A DNA stretch of 63,393 nucleotides, filler included, from Basidioascus undulatus (lineage: Eukaryota): NCBI GenBank assembly GCA_000826855.1. It is 10 parts of 10 records of this genome, joined end to end, with 100 filler letters (N's around TTAATTAATTAA, not from the genome) between each part and the next. Parts side by side here need not be neighbours in the genome. Positions count along the whole stretch, not along the records: positions 38,196 to 44,437 come from JTLS01001778.1; positions 44,538 to 50,718 come from JTLS01001779.1; positions 50,819 to 57,059 come from JTLS01001780.1; 7 more parts are not named here. The stretch is one strand, 5' to 3'. Under the pieces are notes generated by a model. That model made no database searches and was not told the origin of the DNA. It saw only the letters and a program-made list of their open reading frames with translations. Below are positions 38,785 through 50,994 of this stretch, one piece after another. Both the position numbers and the translations under genes were made by a program. How positions within the stretch are numbered: position 1 is the first letter of the stretch; every line of letters starts with the position of its first letter.

Positions 38785-39900
38785 GCCCAGCTCCCCCCTG
38801 ACCTCCTCCAACCTCCTCTTTCAGCCGTCCACCTGGGCGAGCTTGTTCTCGATCGCGGCGATCTCGGCATCGACCGACATGCGCTGCTCAGCGCCGCCGA
38901 TCGTCTGGAGCTCGAACGAGCGGTCATCCGTGAGGCGGAGGAGGCGCGCGTGGTATTTGGCTAGGGTGAGGCGGTCCGAGATGGTGATGAGGGCTGGAGG
39001 GGAGGGTGGAAAGGAGAGGAGGGAAGTCAGGAAGGGCCGAGGGAAAGGAAAGGGTGGGTAGACAAGGCACTGATCCCCAAGTCCTTCGCGCCTCCGATGC
39101 TCAGATACGGCCTTTGGGGCGAGAACATGATACTCTCCGGGACGTCCAGGTGGCCCTTCCACGTGGCGAGGATCCTCGCCACTCCCTGCTTGTCCCAACC
39201 ACGCCAACCCACATCATTCATCAGCTCCCACATCCTCATCCTCCGGGAAGGATAGACGCGAAAGGAGAGAGGAGAGGCCACCCGCGACGCACCTTCTTCC
39301 CCACCCTATTCGAGCCCGTAACCAGCACGTGTTCTCCATTCTTGACCTCCACGCTCAGCGCCCTGAGCAGTTCCTCCCCCCAAAGCGCAGCCGCAAGTCC
39401 CCCGGGGCGCGCAACGACGGGCACGCCCTCGATCCTGATGTGGTCCCCGCGCGTTGACGTGCCCGCGCACGTTCGTCATCTGGTACCACGACTCGTCGTC
39501 GGCGGGGATGTCTGACGGGCGCGCGACGGGCGGGTACGAGTCCGTGTTGAGCCCGTGGAGAGTGGAAATGAGGCTGTACACCCGCGAGGTGTACCGGCGA
39601 GCTCGGAGATCTCTTTGAAGGAGTAGAGGAGGACGGGATGGGAGAGGAGGTAGGAGGGGTCAGAACGGTCCGCCGGCGGAGTAAGGAGAAGCGTAGACAC
39701 ACCGCCCGCGTCCGCGAGCGCCAGCAGCAGCCGGCGGTTTGCGATGTAGTCTGCAGCGCACCAAGCAACCCTCAGTCAGCCTATCGCTCCTCCACTCCGC
39801 CTTTCCTCGCATGCGCAACGCACCCTCTGTGCGCTCCGCCACGGCACCCACGTCCTTCTCGTCGATGCTGTCTTCGAATGGGTCAGAACGTTCCATATAT
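38785..39900 (-). pseudogene. Peroxisomal ABCD half-transporter (Pxa1-like) 3' fragment with internal deletion
   Basis: YIANRRLLLALADAGG, YSFKEISELAG, RVYSLISTLH, GEHVLVTGSNRVGK, PQRPYLSIG joined directly to AKDLGI..LITISDR; TGA at 38821 in VDG*KRRLEEV. Confidence 0.85.
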
Positions 39901-41803
39901 CGTTGGGTCGTGTGTCTCCTCAATTGAGCATCCTGCGGGTCAAAGAGGCAAAGAGGAGAGGTCTTCAAAACTCAAGATGGCGCATTTTCCAAAAAGGGTT
40001 AGTTCTTACATGAGTCGGGAAGAGTCTGACCGAAGCCTTTCCGGTAGACGCCTACAGCGTCCCAGGTCCACTTCATTCGTGTTGAGCCTTTGAGTGCTGC
40101 TCATGCTGCCATTTCAAGTGGTCCTAAGCCTTCCCACGTTGCTTCAGCAAGTCTGTCCGCTAGCTCTTCGCTCAAAAGTCCTAAAGGGGTTGATGCTGCG
40201 CTGAAGAGTGTGAAGGCTAGGATGTTACTGTGAGAACATGCATGTGCTGTGCGCCTGTGCCGTCGGACGACTGACCTGTATGAGCGCCTAAATGTGCAGA
40301 TCTCTTACGAAACGGCCAGCCTTGACGGATGACGAGAAATGCTCCGTACTCTGCGATGAGCCTCGCAGAAATGCCGACTGCAGGAGAGGAGTCGAATTAT
40401 CTGCAATTGTTGAACTGTGACATGGTTAAGGCGTGCTGGGCATGGGAAAGCAAATCACCGTGTGCAGTCTAACCCTTCCCTCTCCACCTTCCCTCCCACC
40501 TATCCACCCCCAATTCATATCCTAGACCATCTCCAAATCCACTAGAATTGAGAAGGCTTTAAACCAGAATTCCCCACCAAAGGGCGGGTACGGGGTTTTA
40601 GACGGGAGAGCCGACATGTCACAAAGCGGGGTCAGACGCGTCCTGTGTAGGAGATGCACTGGAGGAACATCCTAAGGGGTACAACACCCGGATCACCCTT
40701 ATACAGGTCCGTGCCAGGTCCGACTCCGCCCCAGGCTCCTGCGACCGCGCTGACCCTGAGTGCCGTCCGCCTGCCGCCGGAGCCCGCAGAGAAAGGGAGG
40801 AAAGGGGAGGGATGGGGAGGTGGAGCACGAGGTAGGCCCGGGCCATGAAGTATAGGAGGAGGAGAAACCGCCGGGTACTCTACAAGTCCAGGACAGCCGA
40901 CTGAGGGCAGAAGTGGTGGTGGTCGGAGGGAGAGCGGCGGGCGAGTGGCGATTGAGCGTGAAACTTGGGGTCGCCCGCAAAGCCGTTGCCTCGTGCGTGA
41001 AAAAAGAAAGCTGCTTCTGTACTGCAAGAATATTTAGATAAATATGTTTATAATATGATTCTTTGAGTGCCTCCCTGCAAAGCTGTGGCCGATATGAGCC
41101 TAGTGTTGGTGGAGAAGTCGGAAGGTGGACAGGTGGTCACGTTGGGCACATCGGCTTTCACAGTCTTCGAGAGCTTTGACTAGTCTCTGATGTTCTTAAG
41201 CATGAACAGATTATTGTAGCCGAGGTATTTTCAAACATCGGGCCAAACATGAAAACGCGCGGCGTGGGTCAAGCTCGGCGCAGGTTGTGCGGGTGCTGCT
41301 GGAGCTATCGCTCGCGTCTGCTACGAAGAACGGTATCGTCCTCCATGTTTCCCGCACTTCAAGACTTTGCTGATGTGGACCACGATGGAAATGCATGTGC
41401 AGCTGCGAAGCCATGTGCACACTCTTTCGCATGGGCACCGTTCTCGTTCGGGATGAACGCCTTCTGCGGCGTTTCAGCAGTTCCAAAAGAGCTCTGGACG
41501 AGCCTGCTGCACATCCAGCTACGTGCGCATTTCAAGCCTAATCTATGTCAGCTGTGCCGCGCCGGCGCATGCCTATGCCGTACTGTATTTAGATCTCAAC
41601 ACCGAGAAAGACGCCGCAGCTTATGGTCCCGACAACTCCGCGACCGGCCTCAACGGTCGTCATGGCGCTGCTCGCCGCGTAGCGCATAGCGATTCTTTCA
41701 GAGAAAACAAGGAAGCTGGTACATAGTTAAAGCAAAGCAGCGGAAGTACAACAAGATTCGAAAAGTATTCAAGCGTGTCGTCGAGACACGGCAGCACAGC
41801 GCC

Positions 41804-44437
41804 TCACGACGTGTACTCCTCGGCGCAGAACATGTCGTAGACCTGAGAGTTCGATCCGATCACTCAGCGCGGTTCATCGGTTCCCACCGACGCCAGAAGC
41901 CGGGCGGCAGGGCAGACACACCTTCTTGCACAGCGCAGGGCCCAGCTTCCTCCGTCCGACGCCCCCGACCTCATCATCCACGAGACTGAGCGCGGACTCC
42001 TTGACCGCCGCCTTCTTTTTCGCGCGTCCCTTGCCCTTGCCCTTGCCCTTCCCGCCTGCCCCTGCGGCATCCTCGTTCTCGCTCTCGCTGCCCGCAGCAG
42101 CAGCAGCGGCCGCCTGACTGTCCGCCCCCATGGCGCGCTTGAGCGCCTCCCAGAGCTCGAAGGGCGTCTCGTAGCGCTCGAGCATGGCGCCAACCTTCTC
42201 CGGGCTGAGGCCCTTGATGGTGAGGAGCATGCGCGCGAACACCTGGAGGAGCGTGAGCGCGCCCGACTTCTTGTTCAGGTCCTGGTACGTGTCGAACGTC
42301 GTGAGGAACGGCGTCGCAGGGCGCGTCGCGCGCAGGTGCGCCTGCAGCCGGAGGTAGCTCGGCCGCGAGATGTACCGCGTCGGGATGACACGCAGGTCTT
42401 GGTTCTGCTCGCCGCACCGGGATTAGTCCTCGGGCGACCAGGAATAGCCTGCGCACGAAACGGGAAGACGACGTACCCGGTACATTTCCTTGATTGCGCT
42501 GTGCAGGTTCGCGAGGAACATGATCGTGTCCTGGAGGTCCTTCGTCTGCTTGAGCGTGAAGCCTTCGATGACCTGACAAAGAAAGATCGTCAACATCACG
42601 AGCGACTCAGGTGGTCAGAAGCTATCGCAACCCACTTGCGTCTGTGACATGGCCGTCTTGATCGCGAGGCCCATCTGCTCATACAGCGCCTTGGTGTCGC
42701 TGTTTAGAACGCCGGAGAAGTCAGCGACGAACGCGCAACATCGCAAGCTTATCAGAATCGGGACGTACTGTGACTCGACGAGGTAGAAGACTCGAGAAAT
42801 GCCAGAGGTGCGAAGACGGAACTGGAGGCAGAACGAAGCGTCGTCAGCCCGTACGCCTCGGCGGAAAGAGATACGTTCAAAGAGGTTCAGGGAGGCCTCG
42901 CACTTTCTGCTCATGGAACCGGTTGTCCTTGATACTCCCGCAAAGGTCATCCAGCTGTGCGCGCAATTATGCGTCAGCCCGTGCTTTCTGGAAACCAGGC
43001 TCTTCACCGCTTCCAGCCCACGTACCCGTTTCCGCTCGAGCACGAAATCCAGCACGACCTCGTCCCCCTCGTTCCCGCACCCCCCTCTTCTCTTCGCGAT
43101 CCACAGCACGTCCCCCAGACTAAGCGCACGGATCTCGACGTCCACGCCCCTTGCTGCAAGCCCATCCCCAATCGCCGTGCGCTCCTGCACGCCCTTGCCC
43201 TTGCCCGCGACCTCGCGGTTGTCGAGCACGAGCACGATATCGTACGTGTCCGCGGGGAGGACGATCGGCTCGAAGGTGGGGAACTCGCTCGTCTCGTGTG
43301 TCTGGCGCTCGGGGGAGGCGGCGAAGAGCGAGCGGTCGACTGCGGAGGGGGCGGGGATGTGCGAGGACAGGCGCGGCGCTTTGGCGGGCCGCGGGGCGGT
43401 GGACGTGGACAAGGAGGGCGCGGAGGTGGTGGACACTGCTGTGGCGCGCGCTGCAGCGACGGCACTTTGCCGAGGACGCGCTGGCGCCGGCGCGGGTGCC
43501 GGACGCGCGAGCTCGGGGTTGTAGGACGGCCCAGGGCTCGAGGAAGGCGTGTAGCCGTCCCAGCATATGGATGCGGATGCGGACGTTGATGTTCGGCGGA
43601 GGAGGGACGGGTCAGCTGCTCCAAGCGGCGGGCTGCTGCTGAGCGGCTCGACGCTGCTGCGGTGGTAGCTCGTCGACGCCTTTCGGCTGAGCGCGGGTGG
43701 CATCGGCGCCGGACTGCTGCTTCCGAACCCGACGTTGCTCCGCCCAGCGAAGGTAGTCGAGCCGGCGCGGCTCAAGCTCGCGGGGAGGGGTGCGTGGCTG
43801 CTGCTCCCTCCTCCTCCGGACATGAAGAGGTCCTCCTCCCGCCAGCCGGGCGCCATCGACAGCCCCGCATCCTCGAGGACGTATCCAATCATCGTCTCCG
43901 CGTCGTGCGCGCTCGGGCGGACGTCGCGCAGCGCGCGCGCTTCCGGGTGCGACGCTTGAGCGCGCCGGAACTCGACTTTGTAGGAGAGCTCTTGCTTGTC
44001 GGCGTCGATCTGGGATCCGAAAGATCTCAATCCGGTGCACGAGCAGGTATGAGGATGATGAACGCGCACCTGAACGTAAGCCTGCGACTGCAGCCGCACG
44101 CGCTTGTTTTGGTCATCGAGGTACCAGAACCCGAACGAGCCGCTTCCGGCCCTCGCCAACTGGGGCGGGGGCGACGGCGCCGGCGCGTCGTCATCATCAA
44201 ACGAGAATGACGACTGGCTGCGCCTGTTGCTAAGCGAGGGCAAGCTGCCCGGCACGACCGGCGCGGGAGCAGTGTACCCCTTGATGTCCGCCCCGCCGGC
44301 GGCGCACTGCACTGCGGAGACACGCTGGAGCGAGGACTTGCTCTGGATGAGCGCTTGCAGCTCGGCGGCGGAGTCTGTTTTCGGCGCGGGCGCGGGGGCC
44401 GGGGGGAGGGAGAGCGAGGGGGAGGGCGCGGCGGGTG
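41804..44437 (-). CDS. MUS81: Crossover junction endonuclease Mus81, 5' truncated
   Basis: ERCC4 domain [55 protein letters not shown]; C-terminal HhH MLLTIKGLSPEK...YETP; ends VYDMFCAEEYTS*. Confidence 0.95.
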
Positions 44438-44537
44438 NNNNNNNNNNNNNNNNNNNNNNNNNNNNNNNNNNNNNNNNNNNNTTAATTAATTAANNNNNNN
44501 NNNNNNNNNNNNNNNNNNNNNNNNNNNNNNNNNNNNN
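44438..44537. other. Artificial contig linker
   Basis: 44 N + TTAATTAATTAA + 44 N. Confidence 0.98.
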
Positions 44538-44858
44538 CTCGCCTCCGCGTCCTTGCCCTCCCCCTCCTCCTCCTCCTCCTCCTCCCTCACATCCCCCTCC
44601 ACCGACGAGCCCTCCCTCCCCGAGAAAGTCCTCAACGTCGCCGACGGAATCATGGGCGGCTCCGGCGAGGAGTCGATCGGCGAGTCCGCCTCGGGCGGGA
44701 AGGCCGACGGGGCGGACGAGGGCGCGCAGGAGGCTGGCGCTGGGGGAGGGGTGCTAGGTGAGGATGGGGCGGTGGGGAGGGCTGCGGAGGGCGTGGAGAG
44801 GCTGGAGGATGCCTTGGGGGGCATGGGAGCGGAGCCGGGGCTGGATTATCTGGATTGA
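44538..44858 (+). CDS. 3' end of an acidic Ser/Gly-rich hypothetical protein
   Basis: Open frame from the contig start to ...EPGLDYLD*. Confidence 0.45.
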   Translation, partial: LASASLPSPSSSSSSSLTSPSTDEPSLPEKVLNVADGIMGGSGEESIGESASGGKADGADEGAQEAGAGGGVLGEDGAVGRAAEGVERLEDALGGMGAEPGLDYLD

Positions 44859-45289
44859 TGGATGGCAGGGTAAGGGGGTAGAGTGGAAGTGGATAAGGAA
44901 AAGACGTTGATGGTGCTTGCTTGCTTGGATTCAATCGGTGAGGTCGGACGCATCAGACTTCTTCACGGGACTGCGCGGTCACGATATCGCGTTGGAGCGG
45001 ACTTGGAGACTCATTCACCTCGCCTGCTGTTGCGGCGAGCCAAGGATACAAGACGTATGTGTACGCTCTGTGTGCTCTGCCTGTAAGATGTTTTCCTTTC
45101 CGAATGTGAAGAAACACCCTCGTTTTCAAGTTTCAACGTAAACACGCACGTTTCACGTCGGCGAGGATCGGCCCGGCTCCGCCGGCAGCACCGTATCTGA
45201 TACCCGCCGCGTGCTGCCTTCTTTGCCCTTTGCCTTCCTCCCCGCCTTCTCCTTCTTCCTTTCGCAGGCGTGCACCTCCGCGGGGAAGG

Positions 45290-47520
45290 ATGACCTCCCC
45301 CTCGCCCCTCCGGTCCTTCATCTCCCTCCCGCGCTCGCGCTCCCCCTCGCCCACACCCTCGCTGGCCCTCTCCCCCACTACCACCACCGCCGCCGCGCCC
45401 GCCGAGAGGAGAAGGGCGTGGGCGTTCCGGGCGCTTGCGCTGCTGTGCGCGTGCTCGTTGAGTGTGGGGTCGCACTAGTGCGTTTTAACGAGATTGATTT
45501 TGCTGGGGGTCGAGGAGGGCGTAAGGCTGAGGGACGGGAGGGGATGGGACAGTGGGAGGGAGCTGCTCGGTCCGCTGAAGACGCAGCTGCTGCGACGCAC
45601 ACACTCATCCAATGTCGACTTTTCACTGTGCGTTTTCCGTTTATCCTCCTTTTCCAAGGAAGAAGGTAGCTGACCAGCCCCACCCCGCACCAGGATCATA
45701 TCCGCCTACTCGCTCAACTCGACCTGGACGCCGCTCATCGCGGGCCTGCTCACCGTCCGGCTCGGCGCGCCGCTCTCCTCGATCCTCGCGACCGCGCTCA
45801 TCTTCACCGGGCAGTTCACGCTCCTCCTGGGTAGCGCATCCAACAGCGTTCCAGCCATGGTGGGCCTCCCGTTCCCATCCATCCACCCTCCCTCCCGCTC
45901 TCACACTAAACCCCCTCCACCCCTCCCACGCGCCCCAGCTCCTCGGCATGCTGATCTTCGGCCTGGGCGTCTCCCCGCTCGCCGTCGTCCAAGAGACACT
46001 AATCATCCGTTTCTTCCTGCACTCCTCCCTCGGGACCTCCCTCGCGCTCGGCCTGCTCGCCGGCAAAGGCGCCTCCTTCCTCTCCTCTCTCACCGCCTAC
46101 CCGCTCTCCTCCCTCTCCCCCCAGGCGCCCTTCCTCATCGCAACCGCCCTAGCGGCGTTCTCGTGCCTCGCGAACTTTGCGTTCCTGGGCGGCGATCGCT
46201 GGCTTGCGCGCGGGGCGGGCGTGCAGGAGGAGCGGAGGGAGGCGGAGCGCAGGGCCGCGGAGAGGAAGACGGTCAGGGTTGGGGACTTGGCGAGGTTGGG
46301 GGATAGGCTCTGGGTTTATGTTGCGTTTTGTGGGGCGTGCGGGGCGGTCTGGACGCCGTTTCAGCATAATGCGGCGTACGTCCCTGTCTCTGAGTGGCTG
46401 TGGGTTGCCAACGCAGACTGACTTGAATGTGAATGGACGCGACAGCCATATCATCCAGGAGCGATACGGCCTCTCCGAAGGCTCTGCTGCGACGACAGCC
46501 TCATTCGTACACGCAGCGAGCCTGTTTCTCTATCCCATTGTGCGCTATGCTGTCTCACGACCCACTTTAGCCCACTGAAGAGCGCTGAACTTTCCCTCCC
46601 ATACGTCCCAGACCGGCTTCGTCGTCGACCGCTACAAGTCCGCCACGATTGGTGCGTTGGCATTTCTCCCCAACCTACCCTCTTCCACGTCCGCTCTGAC
46701 CTCCTGCTCCTCTACCGGCAGTCCTGAAGCTCTTTATCCTCTCCTCCATCCTCACCTTCTCCGGATTCCTCGTTCGTCTTCTCCTTCTTCCCCTCCTCCG
46801 CTCACTCCCCTTCCTACATATCCCAACCACGCATAACTGATCCCACCCCTTCCACACGCAGTGGCTCGCCCTCCCCCCCAACTGGACGCGCACCCCAATC
46901 CCCGCGATCTTCTCCTTCGGGATCGGGCAAGGCTTCGCCACGCGTCAGTCTCCTTCCCTTTCCCCCTTCTCTCTCCCTCTGCATTTCCTACTAACCCCCA
47001 CCCCCATCCCCCAGTCCTCCTAGTCGTCATCGTCCCCCACCTCGTCCCCTATCAGTACACGTCCACCGCCCTCGGCGTTCACAAGTCCGCCGAGACGGCG
47101 CTCGCTGTCCTCTCCCAGACGACCGCAGGGCTCATCCTCGACGGCGCGCGGCGGCCCCCTGGGACGGCAGCGCCCGCGCCGGTGGGGGTCCTACTACGAT
47201 TCTTCCTCCTCCTCAACGCGCTTCAGCTCTGCGCGGCTGTGGCGCTGTGGCAGATGCAGGTGACGCACGAAGAGGACGCAGCTCTTGCGGGGGCAGTGGA
47301 AGAGGAAGATGGGCAGGTCGAGGTGGAGGTTGGGGTTGGGGAGGAGAGGGATGTGCGCTTGGGCGGCCGCGCAAGGAGGAGCTCAGAGACGCCACTGTTG
47401 CTGCATGCCAGCGTGGATGAGGAGCGGGGGAAGGCGCGCGCGACGAGTGGGAGGGACCGTGGAGCGATGGTGGGAGAACGGGAATGGAGGAGGGGGAGGA
47501 GGGGCCCACCCCCCCGATGA
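45290..47520 (+). CDS. MFS transporter (MFSD1-like), multi-exon; C-terminus appears cut
   Basis: ALLCACSLSVGSHY, LLGPLK, AYSLNSTWTPLIAG, FGLGVSPLAVVQETLI, GFVVDRY, TALGVHKSAE; many hydrophobic segments. Confidence 0.87.
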
Positions 47521-48600
47521 CGAGCCGGTCGATGTAGAGCGGCGCGAGGAGAGATGAGAGGAGCGTTCCTTGCACGCCGAGGACGGTGTAGGTTGCGAGT
47601 TTGTCGGAGCAGGAGAGGGAGAATGTGGTGGGGGCGTCGGCGCGGCCTGGTGATCGGCGGGTTAAGCCAGAGGAAGGCAGTAGAGAGTGGAGAAGAGGAG
47701 AAGGAGCAGGGGATTGAGGTAGAGGGAGGAGGACGCACCCGGCTTGGTCCGCAGCGCACCGAAGTTCGTGTACCCCTTCCGGCCGCGCAGGGCGTCCGCG
47801 GCGGGGTTCGGGGAGTCCGAGGCGGTCGTGCCCGGCGGTGGCGGTGGAGTCGGGGCGGGGGACAGCGGAGAGTCGTACAGCGCTGCTTCGGCGGGGTCTT
47901 GCGTGTCCGATAAATACACAGTGGACGCATCCCCACCTGCACCCCAAAACATCCAACGTCGCTCAGTCTCAGAAGGAGGGGGCAGGGGGGTGTTGCATGG
48001 GCGCACAGGGAAGTTTCGATATGTACAAGTTCAGCTCTGCGTCTTCGCGCAGGCCGAAGAACGGGGCTTCTGAAGAACCGTCGGGGGGAGGATGAGGATA
48101 GGGCCGCTTTTCGAGCCAGGCGGATTGGCCTGCTTGAGCGAGGGACAGCTCGGCGTGCAGCCACCGGATGAGCGAGCGGCGCGCGAGGATCTCGGCGTGG
48201 CAGTCGTGGATGACCTGCAGTACCCACCGCCGCCGTTCAGCATTCGCGGGACAGAGTGAAAGGCGAGAAGTAGGAGGAGAAACGCACATCTCCACATCTC
48301 GGCAGCTTCGTCCAGGGCAGACACTTCACGCCCGTAGCGAGCGCGACGCACTCCCTCTCGCCCGTCCTCCGATCGCGGAGGACGAAACCAGCCAGTACAG
48401 TCCCTATTCCGCCCCACCACTATCACCATCAATCCTCTCGAAGAAACAGCGAATGCGAGAAAAGTGAGTGCACATTCAGGGCTCCCATTATCCCGCCGGC
48501 GGGGCTTCCCCTTGGTGGGGAGCTGATCGAAAGTGGCGAAGCAGGATTCGGCGATGAGGGACGTTAGTGCGAGGAGGTCTGGTGGGGGGAGGGTGCCCAT
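47500..48600 (-). CDS. TAD1: tRNA-specific adenosine-37 deaminase (Tad1/ADAT1); homology ends abruptly
   Basis: KGKP, VALATGVKCL, HDCHAEILARR, LYISKLPCGDAS, LRTKPGRADA, SLSCSDKLA..VLGVQGTLLS...PLYI. Confidence 0.92.
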
Positions 48601-49218
48601 GGTGCGGTTAGTAGGGGCGTGAAGAGAGAGGTGGGAGTGAAGGGAAGAAGGGAAAGGGAAAAGCAAGACATTTGTTACGTAAGCTGGCGGGGTGATCGAC
48701 AAAAAGAAACACGTGAATCGAGGGAGACAGACGCGTGGACCAGCATCGCGTTGCCTTTCGTGCATGCTTTTCACTTCCACTTACGCACAGGCATACATTT
48801 GATAATTGTCTACATTTTGTGTTTGTATATTAGGGGGTCCATTGTAAAAGCCACAGGCCCCAGCGAGCGAGCTGCCCAAGGCACACAGCTCACAGCGCCC
48901 GGGGCGGATAGGGGGTCCTCAGAACCTTCGACTTCCAGCACCGCTCCTTGCATCCCTCCACCCTCTGCTCTTCCGCGATCTTGACCGCTTGCTGCACTGG
49001 GGTCATAGGCGGGTGTCGAAGTACTGGGCTGATCTTACAAGTGAGTGCCCTTCCAGGTTGAGGCCGTATACGCCATATCCGTTGCACAGCGACTGCTCCC
49101 CTGCAGCTCTGGCCCCCTGCTCCCCCTCCGGCTACCTGGCGACCGCCCACTGACCGCTCTGTCCCTTCAGCACCTTCCTCTCTGCCCTGGTGCCTCCTAA
49201 TCCAGCTCTCCATCAGCA

Positions 49219-50718
49219 ATGCTAGGCTTCTCGCTCTCCTCCCCCGCACCTCCTCCATCCACCGCTCCTCCCCCACAAACGGTCTCCCCCGTCCCCGCGC
49301 CCTCCTCGCCCTCCACGCCTCTCAACCCTCTCTCGCTGACGTTCTCCCCGCGCCTGAACCTGCACCGCGCGCCCTCCTCCCCCGCCGCATCCTTCATCAC
49401 CACGCCCTCCTCGCCGCCCACGCCGCCGGCGCCCGAGGTCCGGTCCCTTCCCGACCCCAAGCTCGGCGCAGTCGTCACCGACCCGGCCGCGGCGCTCCTC
49501 CACCCGCGCGAGGGGAGCATGGCGGGCGAGTTTGTTGGATTCTCCACTGCCTCAAACCTCTCTTCTGACGAGGAGGAGCGCATTGTACCCGTGCGCGAGG
49601 TGCGGGAACACTCACCTCTCGCTAGGGGGTCGCGGAACATGGTCGTCGTGCACTCGGACTCTTCCCCGCCCCTCGTGCCGCCCCTGTCCTCCCTACACAC
49701 CCACACCAACCACGGATTAGAAACCCACCCTACCGACGCCCTCCCGGGAGCAGCAGCAGCAGCAGCAGCGGACCCGGCGATCCTCTCCCGCCTTTCGACG
49801 CTCGAATCCTCCCTCGCCTCGATCCAAGCGCAGCTCGCGGCGCTCTCCACCTCCGTCGACTTCCTCGTCCGCTCCTCCGCGCACCCCATTCCCGTCCCCC
49901 ACCCCGTCCCCACTCCGGACGTCCGCGCCCTTGAAAGCCGCGTCGCAACGCTCAGCACGAGCGTCTCGCACCTCCTCCAGGCGCAGCTCGTCCACCCCCC
50001 GCAGCAGCCGCCCCTCCCGCTGACATCCCAGCAGGGCTCACCCGTCTCCCTCTCCGTCGGCCTGCCCCCGCAGACACTGCCGCGCAGTCGCGCGAGCTGG
50101 ACACCCGGCGTAGATGGGTCGGCGCTGCTGGGTACCGCTGCGCATTCAAGACGGGAGGTGCATTCCCTTCCCTTCATCCACCCACGCATCATCTTCCACC
50201 AGCTGATCGCCCTATCACCTCTGTAACCGCGACAGACCGTCGACTGGGCTCTGAAACCCCTCGCGCCCATCCCGACCGGCGCCTCGAGCGTCGTCAGCGG
50301 CAGGACGGGCACGGGGACGACCGGCAGCGGCACGCCGACGCGGTGGGACGCGCACGGGCTCGTACCAGACTTGTTGCGGGTGATAGCGAAGCATGGGTGC
50401 GTTTCTCCTCTTCAACAGCACACCCTGCTCCCGCACTCCAGAATTGAAAGCTAATGCGAAGGCGACGCAGCCTTCCGCCGCCGAACAAAGTCCAAAGTCG
50501 TGTCTTGCCGATCCTGTTCGTCCACCCATCCTCATTGTTTCAAAGCTGGTCCGCTTCCCTGACCAAACACGCTAACTGACGCTCACGATGCTGAACTGGA
50601 TAGTCTTCGCGGGCAAGACCTGATCGCGCAAGCCCCGCCGACGCTAGACCGGATGGCAGCATACATCGTCCCGGCGCTCAACCGTCTCCTCACCACCCCG
50701 CCTACCACCCACCCCACC
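49219..50718 (+). CDS. eIF4A/DEAD-box-like protein with long low-complexity/coiled-coil N-terminus and degenerate Walker A, 3' truncated (start uncertain)
   Basis: Spliced TRWDAHGLVPDLLRVIAKHG/LPPPNKVQSRVLPIL/LRGQDLIAQAPPTLDRMAAYIVPAL aligns to the Q motif and motif I region. Confidence 0.75.
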
Positions 50719-50818
50719 NNNNNNNNNNNNNNNNNNNNNNNNNNNNNNNNNNNNNNNNNNNNTTAATTAATTAANNNNNNNNNNNNNNNNNNNNNNNNNN
50801 NNNNNNNNNNNNNNNNNN
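50719..50818. other. Artificial contig linker
   Basis: 44 N + TTAATTAATTAA + 44 N. Confidence 0.98.
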
Positions 50819-50994
50819 CCCGGCGTCGGCGGTCCCCACGGCCCATACTTCCAGGTCCATCTTCCCCCTTCACTTTGCGCCCCTCTCTCCCCCGCTCGTG
50901 CCCCTCCAGCATCTCCACCTGGGCCAAGAACGAGGCCAAGCGCCGCATGGAGGAGCGCGGCGATCTGCCCAAGTACGAGCCGTCGGGGTACTGA
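50819..50994 (+). CDS. 3' end of an unidentified gene
   Basis: Short exon, pyrimidine-rich intron, last exon ISTWAKNEAKRRMEERGDLPKYEPSGY*. Confidence 0.45.

Noticed and set aside
38821..38823. TGA at a Trp position as evidence of recoding or readthrough
   Set aside because: Intact genes use TGG for Trp and TGA as stop (PPT2, acyl-CoA synthetase), and this copy has several other lesions.
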